Below, piece by piece: positions 47,706 through 58,024 of a DNA stretch of 64,000 nucleotides. The notes under the pieces were generated by a model, which saw only the letters and a list, made by a program, of their open reading frames with translations, made no database searches and was not told where the DNA came from. The translations under genes were made by a program, and so were the position numbers. The stretch lies in the NCBI RefSeq assembly GCF_053078305.1, contig NZ_CP166879.1; one strand, written 5' to 3'. Position 1 is the stretch's first letter. The number at the start of each line of letters is the position of its first letter.

Positions 47706-48716
47706 TCATTCCGGCGCAAATTGCAGCATGACCTTTATGGAGTCATTTTGCTGCGCGCGTTCGAATGCCGCCGCTGCATCCTCAATGGCAAATAAATCGG
47801 TAACCAGTTCACTGGTATCAAACCGCCCATCCGCCAGCCATTCGATAACAGCATCGAAATCTTCAGGGATGTACATGCCAGAGTTGAGCAAGTCACGCTC
47901 GAAACGTTGCATCATCGGTAATGGTATTTCACGCGGCCCACTTGGTACGCCCATGCACACGACGGTGCCTCCGGCATATACACGGGTACATGCATCGTTA
48001 AGCGTGGCCTGCGCTGCAACGACATCAATCGCCCCCGTAAATCGCACATCTGCGGCCAGCTCACCTGGTGCCCAAACTTCTGCTGCGCCCAGCTTTAACG
48101 CCAGCGCGCGTTTGGCAGCGTCAGGTTCAATCACGGTAATCTTACCTGCCCCCATAATGCGCAGTGCCTGCACGATGGATAAGCCTATCGTTCCGGCACC
48201 AATCACCAGTACGCTTTCCAGAGAAGCTTTCGGCATTCGGTTAACGCAGTGACGGGCACAAGCCGCCGGTTCGGCAAAGGCCAACACTTTTAGCGGTAAA
48301 GAGGCTGGTGCGACATGGCAATTACGCGCAGGAACAATGTGTTGTGAGCGAGCAAAGCCCGGTGCGCGAAAACCAGCAACCTGCGGTGGTTCACAAAGAT
48401 TAAAACGTCCTGCTTTGCAGGCTCGGCATTCCATGCAAGCCATGATGGGATCGACCACAACATGATCGCCCGGCTGTACATTTTTAACGTCGCTGCCAAC
48501 TTCCGTAACGCGCGCTGCAATTTAATGACCGGGGACGACAGGTGGTTTGGCAAACGGATGACCGCCTTTCAGAACATGCAGATCCGAACCGCATATCCCA
48601 TGGAACACAGGCGCAATCCGCACTTCGTGCGGTTTAAGTTCCTGGTGTGGTACTTCAACATATTGAGTGGTGACTTTCCCAATATCTGAAAATAAAACCT
48701 GGGTAATTTTATCCAT
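47706..48716 (-). pseudogene. Zn-dependent alcohol/polyol dehydrogenase (MDR family) interrupted by in-frame TAA
   Basis: N-terminal 64 codons (..PVVPGH) then TAA at 48522..48524, then the same frame continues IAARVTEVG...CMECRACKAGRFNLC (structural-zinc Cys cluster); stop sits where the GHE motif Glu is expected. Confidence 0.7.
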
Positions 48717-48748
48717 TGTTATTCTCCAGAATCGATATCCATAGGGGA

Positions 48749-49636
48749 TTAGCGTTGCGCGATACCTTCATCGACAATTTCTGCCAACCGTTGTAAACGA
48801 GGAACAGAGACATCGCGCAGCATAATTTGTGGATCTTGTGCACCAACAACCGACGCCCAAACCGCTCGTCCAGCCAGGAAGCCTGACGCACCACCTTTCA
48901 TGGCAATACTTACTGCACGGCCAAAAATATCGGCATCAACGCCAGAAGAAAGAATTACCCACGGCATCTTCATCTGATCGTTAAGTTGCTGACAGGCGGC
49001 AAGTAAGGTTTTTTCATCGCCTTTGCCCCCTAATGGCATCTCGGCTTTGTAAAGATCAGCCTCTGTTCCACCAAGCTCTGCGGCGGCGGCAACAATGGCG
49101 CTTTCACGATCAAAGTCCCAACCGCGACGAGGTGGACGCACCACAGGTTCAATAATGCTAACCAGCCCGGCACTACGGCAGCGACGAACAAATTTATCAA
49201 CCATTGCCAGACGTTCCTCTGCGGGTTCATCTTCACGCCAGAGTACAAGTAATTTCATTGCCTTAGCCCCCATTTCACGGGCTTTATGCGGGTCGACGGA
49301 CATATCTATTTCAACGCTATCAACCGGGATGCCATTACCTGGGATAAAAAGATCGGCAGCGACAATCAGGCCGCAAGAATTAGCAACAGCGCCCTGCTCG
49401 ACTATTTGCTCAAGACAAAATTGTTTATCCGCCAGAACGGCAGAAGCATAAGGAGAAAGGATTCGGGTCGCGGCAACTTTAAAATCGGTGAGTACACTGT
49501 CGGCGATGGGTTTTGGCTGCCCTGCTGCCGCAAACATCAAGCGCATGGCCTCACGCTGATCGACAGCTAACATGGCAAATCCACCACCTGGGCGGGAGAT
49601 ATCTTTCAGCGTAAATGGGGTGAAGTGGGATGACAT
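48749..49636 (-). CDS. yihT: Class I sugar-phosphate aldolase (LacD/YihT-like)
   Basis: 295-aa ORF with AMLAVDQR motif; orthology to K-12 yihT inferred, not confirmed. Confidence 0.7.
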   Translation of the reverse strand: MSSHFTPFTLKDISRPGGGFAMLAVDQREAMRLMFAAAGQPKPIADSVLTDFKVAATRILSPYASAVLADKQFCLEQIVEQGAVANSCGLIVAADLFIPGNGIPVDSVEIDMSVDPHKAREMGAKAMKLLVLWREDEPAEERLAMVDKFVRRCRSAGLVSIIEPVVRPPRRGWDFDRESAIVAAAAELGGTEADLYKAEMPLGGKGDEKTLLAACQQLNDQMKMPWVILSSGVDADIFGRAVSIAMKGGASGFLAGRAVWASVVGAQDPQIMLRDVSVPRLQRLAEIVDEGIAQR

Positions 49637-49660
49637 AGAAACTCCTGTTAATAGATAAAA

Positions 49661-50539
49661 TTAAAGACCAGCCTGCTGGCGAACCTGATTTAGCAGGGCA
49701 CTCCAGTCCTGCCGCCCTTTGCCGTCTTGACTTGCTGCAGCGTAATAACTTTCTGCTGCAATCCCCATATTGAGCGGTGCCCCCGTCTCCCGAGCGACGT
49801 CAACTGCAATACGCAGATCTTTCAACGCCAGATCCACCATGAAGGCGGGTGAAAGATCGCCTTTCAGCACTTTGCCAGGCCAGGTGGTCGTAAAATGTCC
49901 TTTCCCTGCTGCCGTACCACTCATCACCTTAATTGCGACATCAAGATTTAATCCCAGTGACTCACATAACACAGCGGCCTCGGAGGACAGCGCATTAAGC
50001 GCAATGCTCATATAGTTGTTAATTAGCTTCACGCGGATCCCCATTCCAGGGCCGCCAGCCTCGACCAGCTCATTACCCATGCACATGAGAATCGGGCGTG
50101 CACGTGCAATCTGCTCATCAGTGCCACCCGCTAAAATCAGCAATGTGCCATCAATCGCATTCACGGACGTTCTGCCCACGGGGGCGTCCATCATACTGAT
50201 GCCTTTTTCTTGTAACTCCCGTATTAATGCATCGGTCTGTAAGGGATGAATAGTCGACATATCAATCAATAACGCGTCAGATGAAACAGCCTCACAGACG
50301 CCTTTTTCCCCCAACAGAACCTGTCGAACAATGTCACCATTGGGAAGCATAGTGATGATAAATTCAGCGCCTGCTGCTGCTTCCGCTGGGGTTTGTGCCG
50401 CAGTGGCCCCCTGCGTAACTAGCGCATCGACGGCCAGTGCATTGACATCAAATACCTGCAATGAATGCCCTTTATGCAATAGATTGTTAGCCATTGGGCT
50501 ACCCATCTGCCCCAGCCCGAGAAATGCAATGGTTGCCAT
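49661..50539 (-). CDS. yihU: 3-hydroxyisobutyrate dehydrogenase-family reductase (YihU-like)
   Basis: 292 aa from [13 protein letters not shown] (Rossmann GxGxxG); track ORF has a 67-codon upstream extension. Confidence 0.7.
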   Translation of the reverse strand: MATIAFLGLGQMGSPMANNLLHKGHSLQVFDVNALAVDALVTQGATAAQTPAEAAAGAEFIITMLPNGDIVRQVLLGEKGVCEAVSSDALLIDMSTIHPLQTDALIRELQEKGISMMDAPVGRTSVNAIDGTLLILAGGTDEQIARARPILMCMGNELVEAGGPGMGIRVKLINNYMSIALNALSSEAAVLCESLGLNLDVAIKVMSGTAAGKGHFTTTWPGKVLKGDLSPAFMVDLALKDLRIAVDVARETGAPLNMGIAAESYYAAASQDGKGRQDWSALLNQVRQQAGL

Positions 50540-50711
50540 GAATACTCTCCTGTCTGACATTGACAAAATAATGACAATTGAAAATTCGTTTTCGTCTGTT
50601 TTTGAGCATATTTGTAATTTATGTTCAAAAACACGACATACATCACTAATTTGATCATTTGTGTCATTTAAATTGACCAAAGACGACAAAATTAAACAGG
50701 ACAAGACAAAT

Positions 50712-51608
50712 ATGACCAGAATTGCATGCGTGGGTATCACAGTTCAGGACAGGATTTATTCTTTGCCCACTCTGCCGGAGGGCGGCGGGAAATATCAGGC
50801 AAATCATTATCTTGAGATTGGTGGCGGCCCGGCAGCAACAGCCGCTGTTGCAATCGCAAGGCTTGGCGTGGAAGTTGATTTCATCGGTCGCGTCGGCGAT
50901 GACAGTTGTGGAAATACCTTACTTGCAGAACTTGAGGGTTGGGGCGTCAATACAGCATTTTGCCGCCGATATCCTAACGCCCGTTCGTCGCAATCAGCGA
51001 TCCTCGTTGATCAGCATGGCGAACGGATTATCGTTAATTATCCAAGTCCTGATCTCGGTACTGATGCCGAATGGTTAGAAGCGATCGATTTCTCTCGTTA
51101 TGATCTGATTCTGGCCGATGTTCGCTGGCATAGCGGTACTGAAAAAGCATTCTCGCTAGCGCGCCTTGCGGGTGTGACAACGCTTTTAGACGCCGATATG
51201 ACACCGCAGGATATTTCTCCACTTGTCGCGCTTGCCGATCACGCCGTGTTCTCAACGCCAGGGCTGAAACGCATGACTGGCCTGCAGTCACCTGAAGAAG
51301 GTTTGTTCCAGGCAACGACACAAACAGCAGGTAAAGTGTATGTTACGCTGGGTTCTGAAGGATCGTTGTGGATTGAAGATGGTCATTTGTGTCAACAGGA
51401 GGCATTTTCTGTCAATGTGGTTGATACCACTGGAGCAGGCGATGTTTTTCACGGCGCACTCGCGGTAGCGTTGGCAGAAAAAATGCCAACAAAAGAGGCT
51501 ATTCGTTTTGCCAGTGCGGTTGCCGCGATGAAATGTACCCAGCCTGGCGGTCGGGCCGGCATTCCTAATCGTGAGCAAACCGAATCATTTTTGTCACTTT
51601 ATGCGTAA
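50712..51608 (+). CDS. yihV: pfkB-family sugar kinase (YihV-like sulfofructose kinase family)
   Basis: 298 aa from [24 protein letters not shown] ribokinase-family motif. Confidence 0.8.
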   Translation: MTRIACVGITVQDRIYSLPTLPEGGGKYQANHYLEIGGGPAATAAVAIARLGVEVDFIGRVGDDSCGNTLLAELEGWGVNTAFCRRYPNARSSQSAILVDQHGERIIVNYPSPDLGTDAEWLEAIDFSRYDLILADVRWHSGTEKAFSLARLAGVTTLLDADMTPQDISPLVALADHAVFSTPGLKRMTGLQSPEEGLFQATTQTAGKVYVTLGSEGSLWIEDGHLCQQEAFSVNVVDTTGAGDVFHGALAVALAEKMPTKEAIRFASAVAAMKCTQPGGRAGIPNREQTESFLSLYA

Positions 51609-51647
51609 AATGGTAAACATCTACCGAGGAGGGGCAAGGGAGTATTC

Positions 51648-52436
51648 ATGAGTATCATCGAAGTGACAGGTAATCCACGCCATGACCAACTCGTTCATCT
51701 AATCGCAGAACGCGGTTATATGAATATTGAAGAACTGGCACAACTGCTGGATGTTTCAACGCAAACCGTGCGCCGGGATATCCGAAAACTCAGTGAGCAG
51801 GGCTTGATCACCCGTCATCATGGAGGGGCCGGGCGCGTCTCCAGCGTCATGAATACCGCTTTTGAGCAACGGGAACTTTCGCTCACCGCCGAGAAACGGG
51901 CGATCGCTGAGGCAGTCGCCGATTACCTTCCCGAACGCTGTACCGTCTTTATCACCATCGGTACAACCGTAGAAGCCGTTGCCAGGGCATTACTCAACCG
52001 GCGTGATTTACGCATTATCACTAACAGCCTACGTGTGGCACAGATTCTTTATAAGAATCAGGATATTGAAGTGATGGTGCCGGGAGGCACTTTACGCGCT
52101 CATAACGGCGGGATTATCGGCCCAGGAGCCGTGGATTTTATTGAAGGCTTCCGCGCAGATTATTTAATCACCAGTATAGGTGCCATTGAACATGACGGCA
52201 CCCTACTGGAATTTGATGTAAATGAAGCGTTAGTCGCGAGAACGATGATTAAACATGCGCGGAATACATTGTTAGTGGCCGATCATACGAAGTTTGCCGC
52301 GTCTGCTGCCGTTTCAATTGGCAATGCACGGAATGTCAGGGCTTTTTTTACTGATGCCCCGCCTCCCAATTCTTTCTGCCAGTTGTTAAGTGAAGAGAAT
52401 GTTGAACTGGTGGTTGCCGAGCAGGAAGTTTCCTGA
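51648..52436 (+). CDS. yihW: DeoR-family transcriptional regulator (YihW/CsqR-like)
   Basis: 261-aa ORF; N-terminal HTH, C-terminal DeoR sugar-binding domain. Confidence 0.8.
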   Translation: MSIIEVTGNPRHDQLVHLIAERGYMNIEELAQLLDVSTQTVRRDIRKLSEQGLITRHHGGAGRVSSVMNTAFEQRELSLTAEKRAIAEAVADYLPERCTVFITIGTTVEAVARALLNRRDLRIITNSLRVAQILYKNQDIEVMVPGGTLRAHNGGIIGPGAVDFIEGFRADYLITSIGAIEHDGTLLEFDVNEALVARTMIKHARNTLLVADHTKFAASAAVSIGNARNVRAFFTDAPPPNSFCQLLSEENVELVVAEQEVS

Positions 52437-52452
52437 AATTGAAACTTCGAAA

Positions 52453-52483
52453 AATCCGCTGGGGATTCAGCGGATTTTATTTT
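52453..52483 (+). terminator. Intrinsic terminator after yihW
   Basis: Hairpin aatccgctg-gggattc-agcggatt followed by tttatttt. Confidence 0.65.
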
Positions 52484-52541
52484 GCCGGATGCGGCCTACG
52501 GTTGATACGGTTTTCGTTGGCCGGATTAAGCACATCCGGCC
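52484..52541. repeat. REP element
   Basis: gccggatgcggcctac ... ggccggattaagcacatccggcc. Confidence 0.75.
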
Positions 52542-52546
52542 ATTAA

Positions 52547-53812
52547 TTAAGCTTCAGCCGCCAGCATCTCTTTCTTACGTTGGCTAATACGCTTAACCAG
52601 CATTACGGAAACCACCGCACCACAGAATGCGAAGCAGGCCATAATGCCAAACACGATTTTGTAGCCAATAATCCCCGGATTTAAATCCAGAATGTAGCCA
52701 TACAGACTGAAGCAGAACATCGCCGGGGCGTAACCAATAAAGCTCCCCAACGCCATCGCCGCGCCTGTTTTATTTTCAGCAATTTTTGCTTCGCCGATAG
52801 GTGCAAAAAATACGGCTCGCTGTGTAAAGACTATCGCGCCAAAGCCCAGCGTACATGCCATCCCTAAATAGACCGGCATACTTTCGTGCGGCAGCATAAT
52901 CAACAGTACGAGCGCAGCGGTACTGATGATAAAGGTGTAGCATAGATATTTACTCGGCGATTTCAGGATCTTATCTGAAATCATGCCACCAATCGGTCCA
53001 CCAATCATTTTCAGACAGTATTGGTTAATGATGCCGTAAGCCCCCACCAGCGCAACGGGCAATAGATAGATGTTTTTCAGGAATGGAATGAAGAATGTCA
53101 GGCCACAGTAAACCGCGTAAACGAAGAAGACGTTGAAAGCGATAAGCCAGATGGTTTTGTCTCTCAGCACCGAGGTCATACTGGTGTTTTGCGATGCTCC
53201 GTCTTCTTTTTTCACCTCAACGGACGGTGCCTCTTCTTTGTCATTCAGGACAAAGAAAATAATAATGCCTACGGCAATCACAATAAGGGAATAGAACCAG
53301 ATGCCTGCTTTAAAACCTAATAAGCCACTGCCAAACCAGGTAAATACTGCCAACGCAGAAAATGCCACCACGGTATCGACAATGCCACGCCCTGTTTCGA
53401 AGAAGCCAAACAACCGACCTTGTTGTTCGCTATTGCCCAATCGACTTACCGACTTGAGCAAGACCGGCCAGTTCATCATGTCGCAAGTAACGCCAAATAG
53501 CGCCCAGACAAAGAGGATGCCCCAATACCCCGGCATTGTCGTCAAATAAACACCCAGTAATCCTGTCGCAATGAGTGAGAATGACATGGTGTATCTGCGC
53601 GGTAGTTTATCGGCAAAATAAATAGACAGAAAAAAGCCCACTGTGGTAACAAATGAGTTTACCGACATAGCATTACCAATTTGACCATTGGTCAAATGGA
53701 AATATTCCTGCATCGGGATATAAAACGCATCTTTCAGCGACGGTAATTTATAAATTGTACCGCCACACAGTGTTAATAGACTAAATAACGCCCATTTCTT
53801 TTTCGTGAGCAT
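52547..53812 (-). CDS. yihN: MFS transporter YihN
   Basis: 421-aa polytopic ORF, length matches YihN. Confidence 0.88.
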   Translation of the reverse strand: MLTKKKWALFSLLTLCGGTIYKLPSLKDAFYIPMQEYFHLTNGQIGNAMSVNSFVTTVGFFLSIYFADKLPRRYTMSFSLIATGLLGVYLTTMPGYWGILFVWALFGVTCDMMNWPVLLKSVSRLGNSEQQGRLFGFFETGRGIVDTVVAFSALAVFTWFGSGLLGFKAGIWFYSLIVIAVGIIIFFVLNDKEEAPSVEVKKEDGASQNTSMTSVLRDKTIWLIAFNVFFVYAVYCGLTFFIPFLKNIYLLPVALVGAYGIINQYCLKMIGGPIGGMISDKILKSPSKYLCYTFIISTAALVLLIMLPHESMPVYLGMACTLGFGAIVFTQRAVFFAPIGEAKIAENKTGAAMALGSFIGYAPAMFCFSLYGYILDLNPGIIGYKIVFGIMACFAFCGAVVSVMLVKRISQRKKEMLAAEA

Positions 53813-53913
53813 AACATCCCCTAAGCGATTTTTAAAATCACTGTTTTAAAGGCAATAAGATACCGACCATTCATATGGAATGGTTTTATTAACTGCGTAT
53901 GAGTTAAAACTTA

Positions 53914-54894
53914 TTAGTTGTTCAGAAGATGGTTTGCCTCTTGTTTGATTTGTTGTAGTACGTTACGCACATGATTTATCTGATTAATTGCATCTTCTTT
54001 TTCTTTACGTAACCGCGCATCCAGTAAATGATTTTCTGGTAGGGGTGTTTCACTCATCTGGCGATAAGGGATCCACGGATTATCATCTTCGTCTTCAAAG
54101 CGGAACGCCGGCGCATAGTAATCAACCTCTTCTTCCAGGCCATATGCCGTCACCTGCGGCTCATCATCACCAAGGCAGATAAGGTGCGTTAATAACGCTT
54201 TGAACGGCATATCACCCTGACCTGAAATACAGGCTTTATGACCCAGGCCACCCTGTTCTTTAACGATCAAGGCATCTTTGATATGGACCTGGGTAATATG
54301 CGGTGCCATCGTTTTTAAGGCGTCTATGGGATGCTCATTTGCATTGATCATGTTCGCAAAATCAAACAGTAAGGAAAGAGACTCCATCTCACTTTCTTTG
54401 ACCAGCGACACCAACTCATGACTTTTTAAATCTTCATGCTGCTCGATCGTAAAAGTCAGGCCGCTGTCCTGATACGTTTCCCGTACATAGGCAATGTCGT
54501 TAGCGATAATCGATAATACGTCGCGCAAATTACCTTCATAACGTGGATAAAAACGTACGGACGATGCCCCAGTTTTCAACGCGATGGCGACGGCTTCGTC
54601 AATAGATGCCTTATCTGAGGCGCTGGTTTCAATATGAATATCAAGGTTCAGACGGCGGGCTTTATCTCCAAAGGCAGAGAGTTCTTTATCGTCCATATTA
54701 CCAAGAGAAAAACGCTCGCCATCCAGAACATGGATTTTGACGCCACGTAGATTATTTTCACTTGCGATATCAAGTAAATCAGCAGGCAACACTCTTTCCA
54801 GCCGCATATTTAAATGAAAGGCATAAGCATGTAAATAAAGAGGAAGAGTGTCGACACGTTGTAGAATCTTTCTTGCGTTATTTATTGTCACCAT
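53914..54894 (-). CDS. yihM: Sugar phosphate isomerase/epimerase (xylose isomerase-like TIM barrel)
   Basis: 326-aa ORF, K-12 synteny. Confidence 0.88.
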   Translation of the reverse strand: MVTINNARKILQRVDTLPLYLHAYAFHLNMRLERVLPADLLDIASENNLRGVKIHVLDGERFSLGNMDDKELSAFGDKARRLNLDIHIETSASDKASIDEAVAIALKTGASSVRFYPRYEGNLRDVLSIIANDIAYVRETYQDSGLTFTIEQHEDLKSHELVSLVKESEMESLSLLFDFANMINANEHPIDALKTMAPHITQVHIKDALIVKEQGGLGHKACISGQGDMPFKALLTHLICLGDDEPQVTAYGLEEEVDYYAPAFRFEDEDDNPWIPYRQMSETPLPENHLLDARLRKEKEDAINQINHVRNVLQQIKQEANHLLNN

Positions 54895-54901
54895 AAAACA
54901 C

Positions 54902-55612
54902 CTACAGATTAATGATGAGGTCTACGGCCTCAAATCGCCAATATTCAATATCTATCTGGACAATATTGCCTTGCTGGTCGGCGCGATGCTTTTCAATTAA
55001 GATCGCTGGCATACCCGCAGAACCGCCAAGATACTTGCTGATATCGCCCGGCATTCTGACGGGTTTGAAAATCAATTTTTTTACTACCGTCTCTTTTTGG
55101 TAGCACTTTTCCCAGACTGCAGAAAATGAGTGGTTTTCAAGTTGTTCAATAAAACCCGGAGCAACTTCAGGATTAATATATGTTTCGTGATAGAAAACTT
55201 TATGTCCTTCCAGCGCCCCCCAGCCGGTGATGCGATAGAGTTCAGTTGATGGTGTCACTGCAATCAGTGGCGCGAGCGTCTCGGGAATATCGCTGGTACG
55301 GTTTTTCTCGGTAAACCCCCAGGAAGGCTCTCGCCCTTGCTCAATTGCGGCCCGCTGAAAGCTCGCCGACAGCTCCGGACTGTAATTAAATCGCGGCTGG
55401 GTCACGAACCACCCCTTACGATCTTTACGGAAGATTTTGGATTCTGCCTCGAGGTTCAACAACGCCTGGCGCAGCGTCATACGTTTAATGCCCAGCAGTT
55501 CTCCCAGCTCTCTTTCTGAAGGGAGTTTTCCACCCGGCGTGGTGATGCCATCTTTCAACCACCGATCCAGTTTCTCTTTTGCATTTTCTACGGTGGATTG
55601 ATTCTCCGCCAT
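54902..55612 (-). CDS. yihL: Transcriptional regulator YihL
   Basis: 236-aa ORF, K-12 synteny. Confidence 0.88.
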   Translation of the reverse strand: MAENQSTVENAKEKLDRWLKDGITTPGGKLPSERELGELLGIKRMTLRQALLNLEAESKIFRKDRKGWFVTQPRFNYSPELSASFQRAAIEQGREPSWGFTEKNRTSDIPETLAPLIAVTPSTELYRITGWGALEGHKVFYHETYINPEVAPGFIEQLENHSFSAVWEKCYQKETVVKKLIFKPVRMPGDISKYLGGSAGMPAILIEKHRADQQGNIVQIDIEYWRFEAVDLIINL

Positions 55613-55828
55613 TGTTTAATCCTTTTGGTTTAAACCAGATGAAGCATCTTACGCTTACGCCAAAAAAGAAAGCAATTAACGGTGTATGACTTTGCAGATA
55701 ATTGTGACAAAGCTCTCTATTGACGTAATCACAGACTTATAAGGGAGATACTCGCATTGGTGTGCGCTCACGACAGGTAAAAAAAAACCTGCCAGCGATG
55801 GCAGGTTTTTTATAACTAAAAAACGAAA

Positions 55829-57652
55829 TTAATCGTCTTTCGGTGCGCGGTTGGCGCGGCGACGATCGTTTTCCGTCAGGTGACGTTTACGAATACGGAT
55901 AGAGGTCGGAGTCACTTCTACCAGTTCGTCATCATCGATGAACTCCAGAGCTTGTTCCAGAGTCATGCGGATAGGCGGAACCAGAACAACGGCTTCGTCA
56001 GTACCGGAAGCACGCATGTTGGTCAGTTTCTTACCGGTCAGGCAGTTTACAGTCAGGTCGTTAGAGCGGCTATGAATACCGATAATCTGACCTTCGTAAA
56101 CTTCTGCACCGTGACCGAGGAACAGCTTACCGCGATCCTGCAGACCGAACAGCGCGAACGCGACCGCTTTACCCTGACCGTTAGAGATCAGTACACCGTT
56201 CTGACGCTGACCCACTTCGCCCGGACGTACGTCGTCGTAGTGGCTGAAGGTGGAGTACAGCAGACCCGTACCGGAAGTCATGGTCATGAACTCAGAACGG
56301 AAGCCAATCAGACCACGGCTTGGAATCACGTAGTCGAGACGTACGCGGCCTTTACCGTCTGGATTCATGTTTTTCAGGTCGCCTTTACGTTCGCCCAGCG
56401 CCTGCATTACAGAACCCTGATGCTGTTCTTCAACGTCCAGAGTCACGTTTTCATACGGCTCTTGTTTACGACCGTCGATTTCACGGAAGATAACTTTCGG
56501 ACGGGATACCGCCAGTTCGAAACCTTCACGACGCATGTTTTCGATCAGAACAGACAGGTGTAGTTCGCCACGACCAGAAACGCGGAACGCATCAGCGTCT
56601 TCGGTTTCTTCTACGCGCAGCGCAACGTTGTGTACCAGTTCTTTGTTCAGACGATCCAGGATCTGACGAGACGTTACGAACTTACCTTCTTTACCGCAGA
56701 ACGGCGAGGTGTTAACGCAGAAGAACATAGAAACGGTCGGCTCATCAACGGAGAGTGCCGGCAGCGCTTCAACGTTTTGCGTGTCGCAAACGGTGTCAGA
56801 AATGTTCAGTTCGCCCAGGCCCGTGATCGCCACGATATCGCCAGCTTCCGCCAGATCGGTTTCGATACGTTCCAGACCGAGGTGGCCCAGCACTTTACCG
56901 ACTTTCGCGTTACGGGTTTTGCCTTCGCTATCGATGATAGTGACCTGCTGGTTCGGCTTCACTTTACCGCGCTTGATGCGGCCAATGCCGATAACGCCAA
57001 CATAGCTGTTGTAATCGAGCTGAGAAATCTGCATCTGGAACGGACCGTCAAGGTCAACGTCCGGCGCAGGAACGTGATCAACAATCGCCTGATACAGCGG
57101 GGTCATGTCTTCCGCCATATCTTCGTGGTCCAGACCCGCGATACCGTTCAGCGCAGAAGCGTAAACGATCGGGAAGTCCAGCTGCTCGTCGGTCGCGTCG
57201 AGGTTAACGAACAGATCGAATACCTGATCCACAACCCAATCAGGACGCGCGCCAGGGCGGTCAACTTTGTTGATAACAACAATCGGCTTCAGGCCGTAAG
57301 CAAACGCTTTTTTGGTTACGAAGCGCGTTTGCGGCATCGGGCCGTCAAATGCGTCAACCACCAGCAGCACTGAGTCTACCATGGACATTACACGTTCAAC
57401 TTCACCACCGAAGTCGGCGTGCCCCGGGGTATCAACGATGTTGATACGGTAATCATTCCATTTGATAGCGGTGTTTTTCGCGAGGATGGTAATCCCACGC
57501 TCTTTCTCCAAATCGTTGGAGTCCATCACGCGCTCTTGGGTTTCGGCACGAGAGTCGAACGTACCGGATTGTTGGAGCAGCTTGTCTACCAGGGTGGTTT
57601 TACCATGGTCTACGTGCGCGATGATGGCGATATTACGCAATTTTTCGATCAC
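55829..57652 (-). CDS. typA: Ribosome-binding translational GTPase BipA/TypA
   Basis: 607-aa ORF with G-domain motifs AHVDHGKTT and DTPGH. Confidence 0.97.
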   Translation of the reverse strand: MIEKLRNIAIIAHVDHGKTTLVDKLLQQSGTFDSRAETQERVMDSNDLEKERGITILAKNTAIKWNDYRINIVDTPGHADFGGEVERVMSMVDSVLLVVDAFDGPMPQTRFVTKKAFAYGLKPIVVINKVDRPGARPDWVVDQVFDLFVNLDATDEQLDFPIVYASALNGIAGLDHEDMAEDMTPLYQAIVDHVPAPDVDLDGPFQMQISQLDYNSYVGVIGIGRIKRGKVKPNQQVTIIDSEGKTRNAKVGKVLGHLGLERIETDLAEAGDIVAITGLGELNISDTVCDTQNVEALPALSVDEPTVSMFFCVNTSPFCGKEGKFVTSRQILDRLNKELVHNVALRVEETEDADAFRVSGRGELHLSVLIENMRREGFELAVSRPKVIFREIDGRKQEPYENVTLDVEEQHQGSVMQALGERKGDLKNMNPDGKGRVRLDYVIPSRGLIGFRSEFMTMTSGTGLLYSTFSHYDDVRPGEVGQRQNGVLISNGQGKAVAFALFGLQDRGKLFLGHGAEVYEGQIIGIHSRSNDLTVNCLTGKKLTNMRASGTDEAVVLVPPIRMTLEQALEFIDDDELVEVTPTSIRIRKRHLTENDRRRANRAPKDD

Positions 57653-57803
57653 AACTTTGCCTCAGGCATTAGAAATAGCGCGTTATTGTACACGGATTAA
57701 TCGCACTACAAAACAGGATCACAAACATCCTCCGCAAACAAGTATTGCAGAGTCCCTTTGTGATCGCTTTCACGGAGCATAAAAAGGGTTATCCAAAGGT
57801 CAT

Positions 57804-57852
57804 TGCACCAATATGGTGCTTAATGTTTCCATTGAAGCACTATATTGGTGCA
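57804..57852. promoter_or_regulatory. NtrC (GlnG) enhancer binding sites upstream of glnA
   Basis: Two TGCACCA-N3-TGGTGCA-like palindromes (tgcaccaatatggtgct and agcactatattggtgca). Confidence 0.75.
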
Positions 57853-57925
57853 ACATTCACATCATGGTGCAGCCCTTTTGCACGATGTTAAGCATGATAA
57901 CGCCTTTTAGGGGCAATTTAAAAGT

Positions 57926-57941
57926 TGGCACAGTTTTCGCT
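57926..57941 (+). promoter_or_regulatory. Sigma-54 promoter glnAp2
   Basis: tggcac-agttt-tcgct, i.e. the GG-N10-GC -24/-12 element, about 85 nt upstream of the glnA ATG. Confidence 0.8.
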
Positions 57942-58024
57942 TTATCTTTTTTATGGCGACACGGCCAAAATAATTGCAGATTTCGTTACCACGACGACCA
58001 TGACCAATCCAGGAGAGTTAAAGT

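Noticed and set aside
56630-57373. 247-aa plus-strand ORF and 227-aa ORF at 55880..56563
   Set aside because: Antisense to typA.
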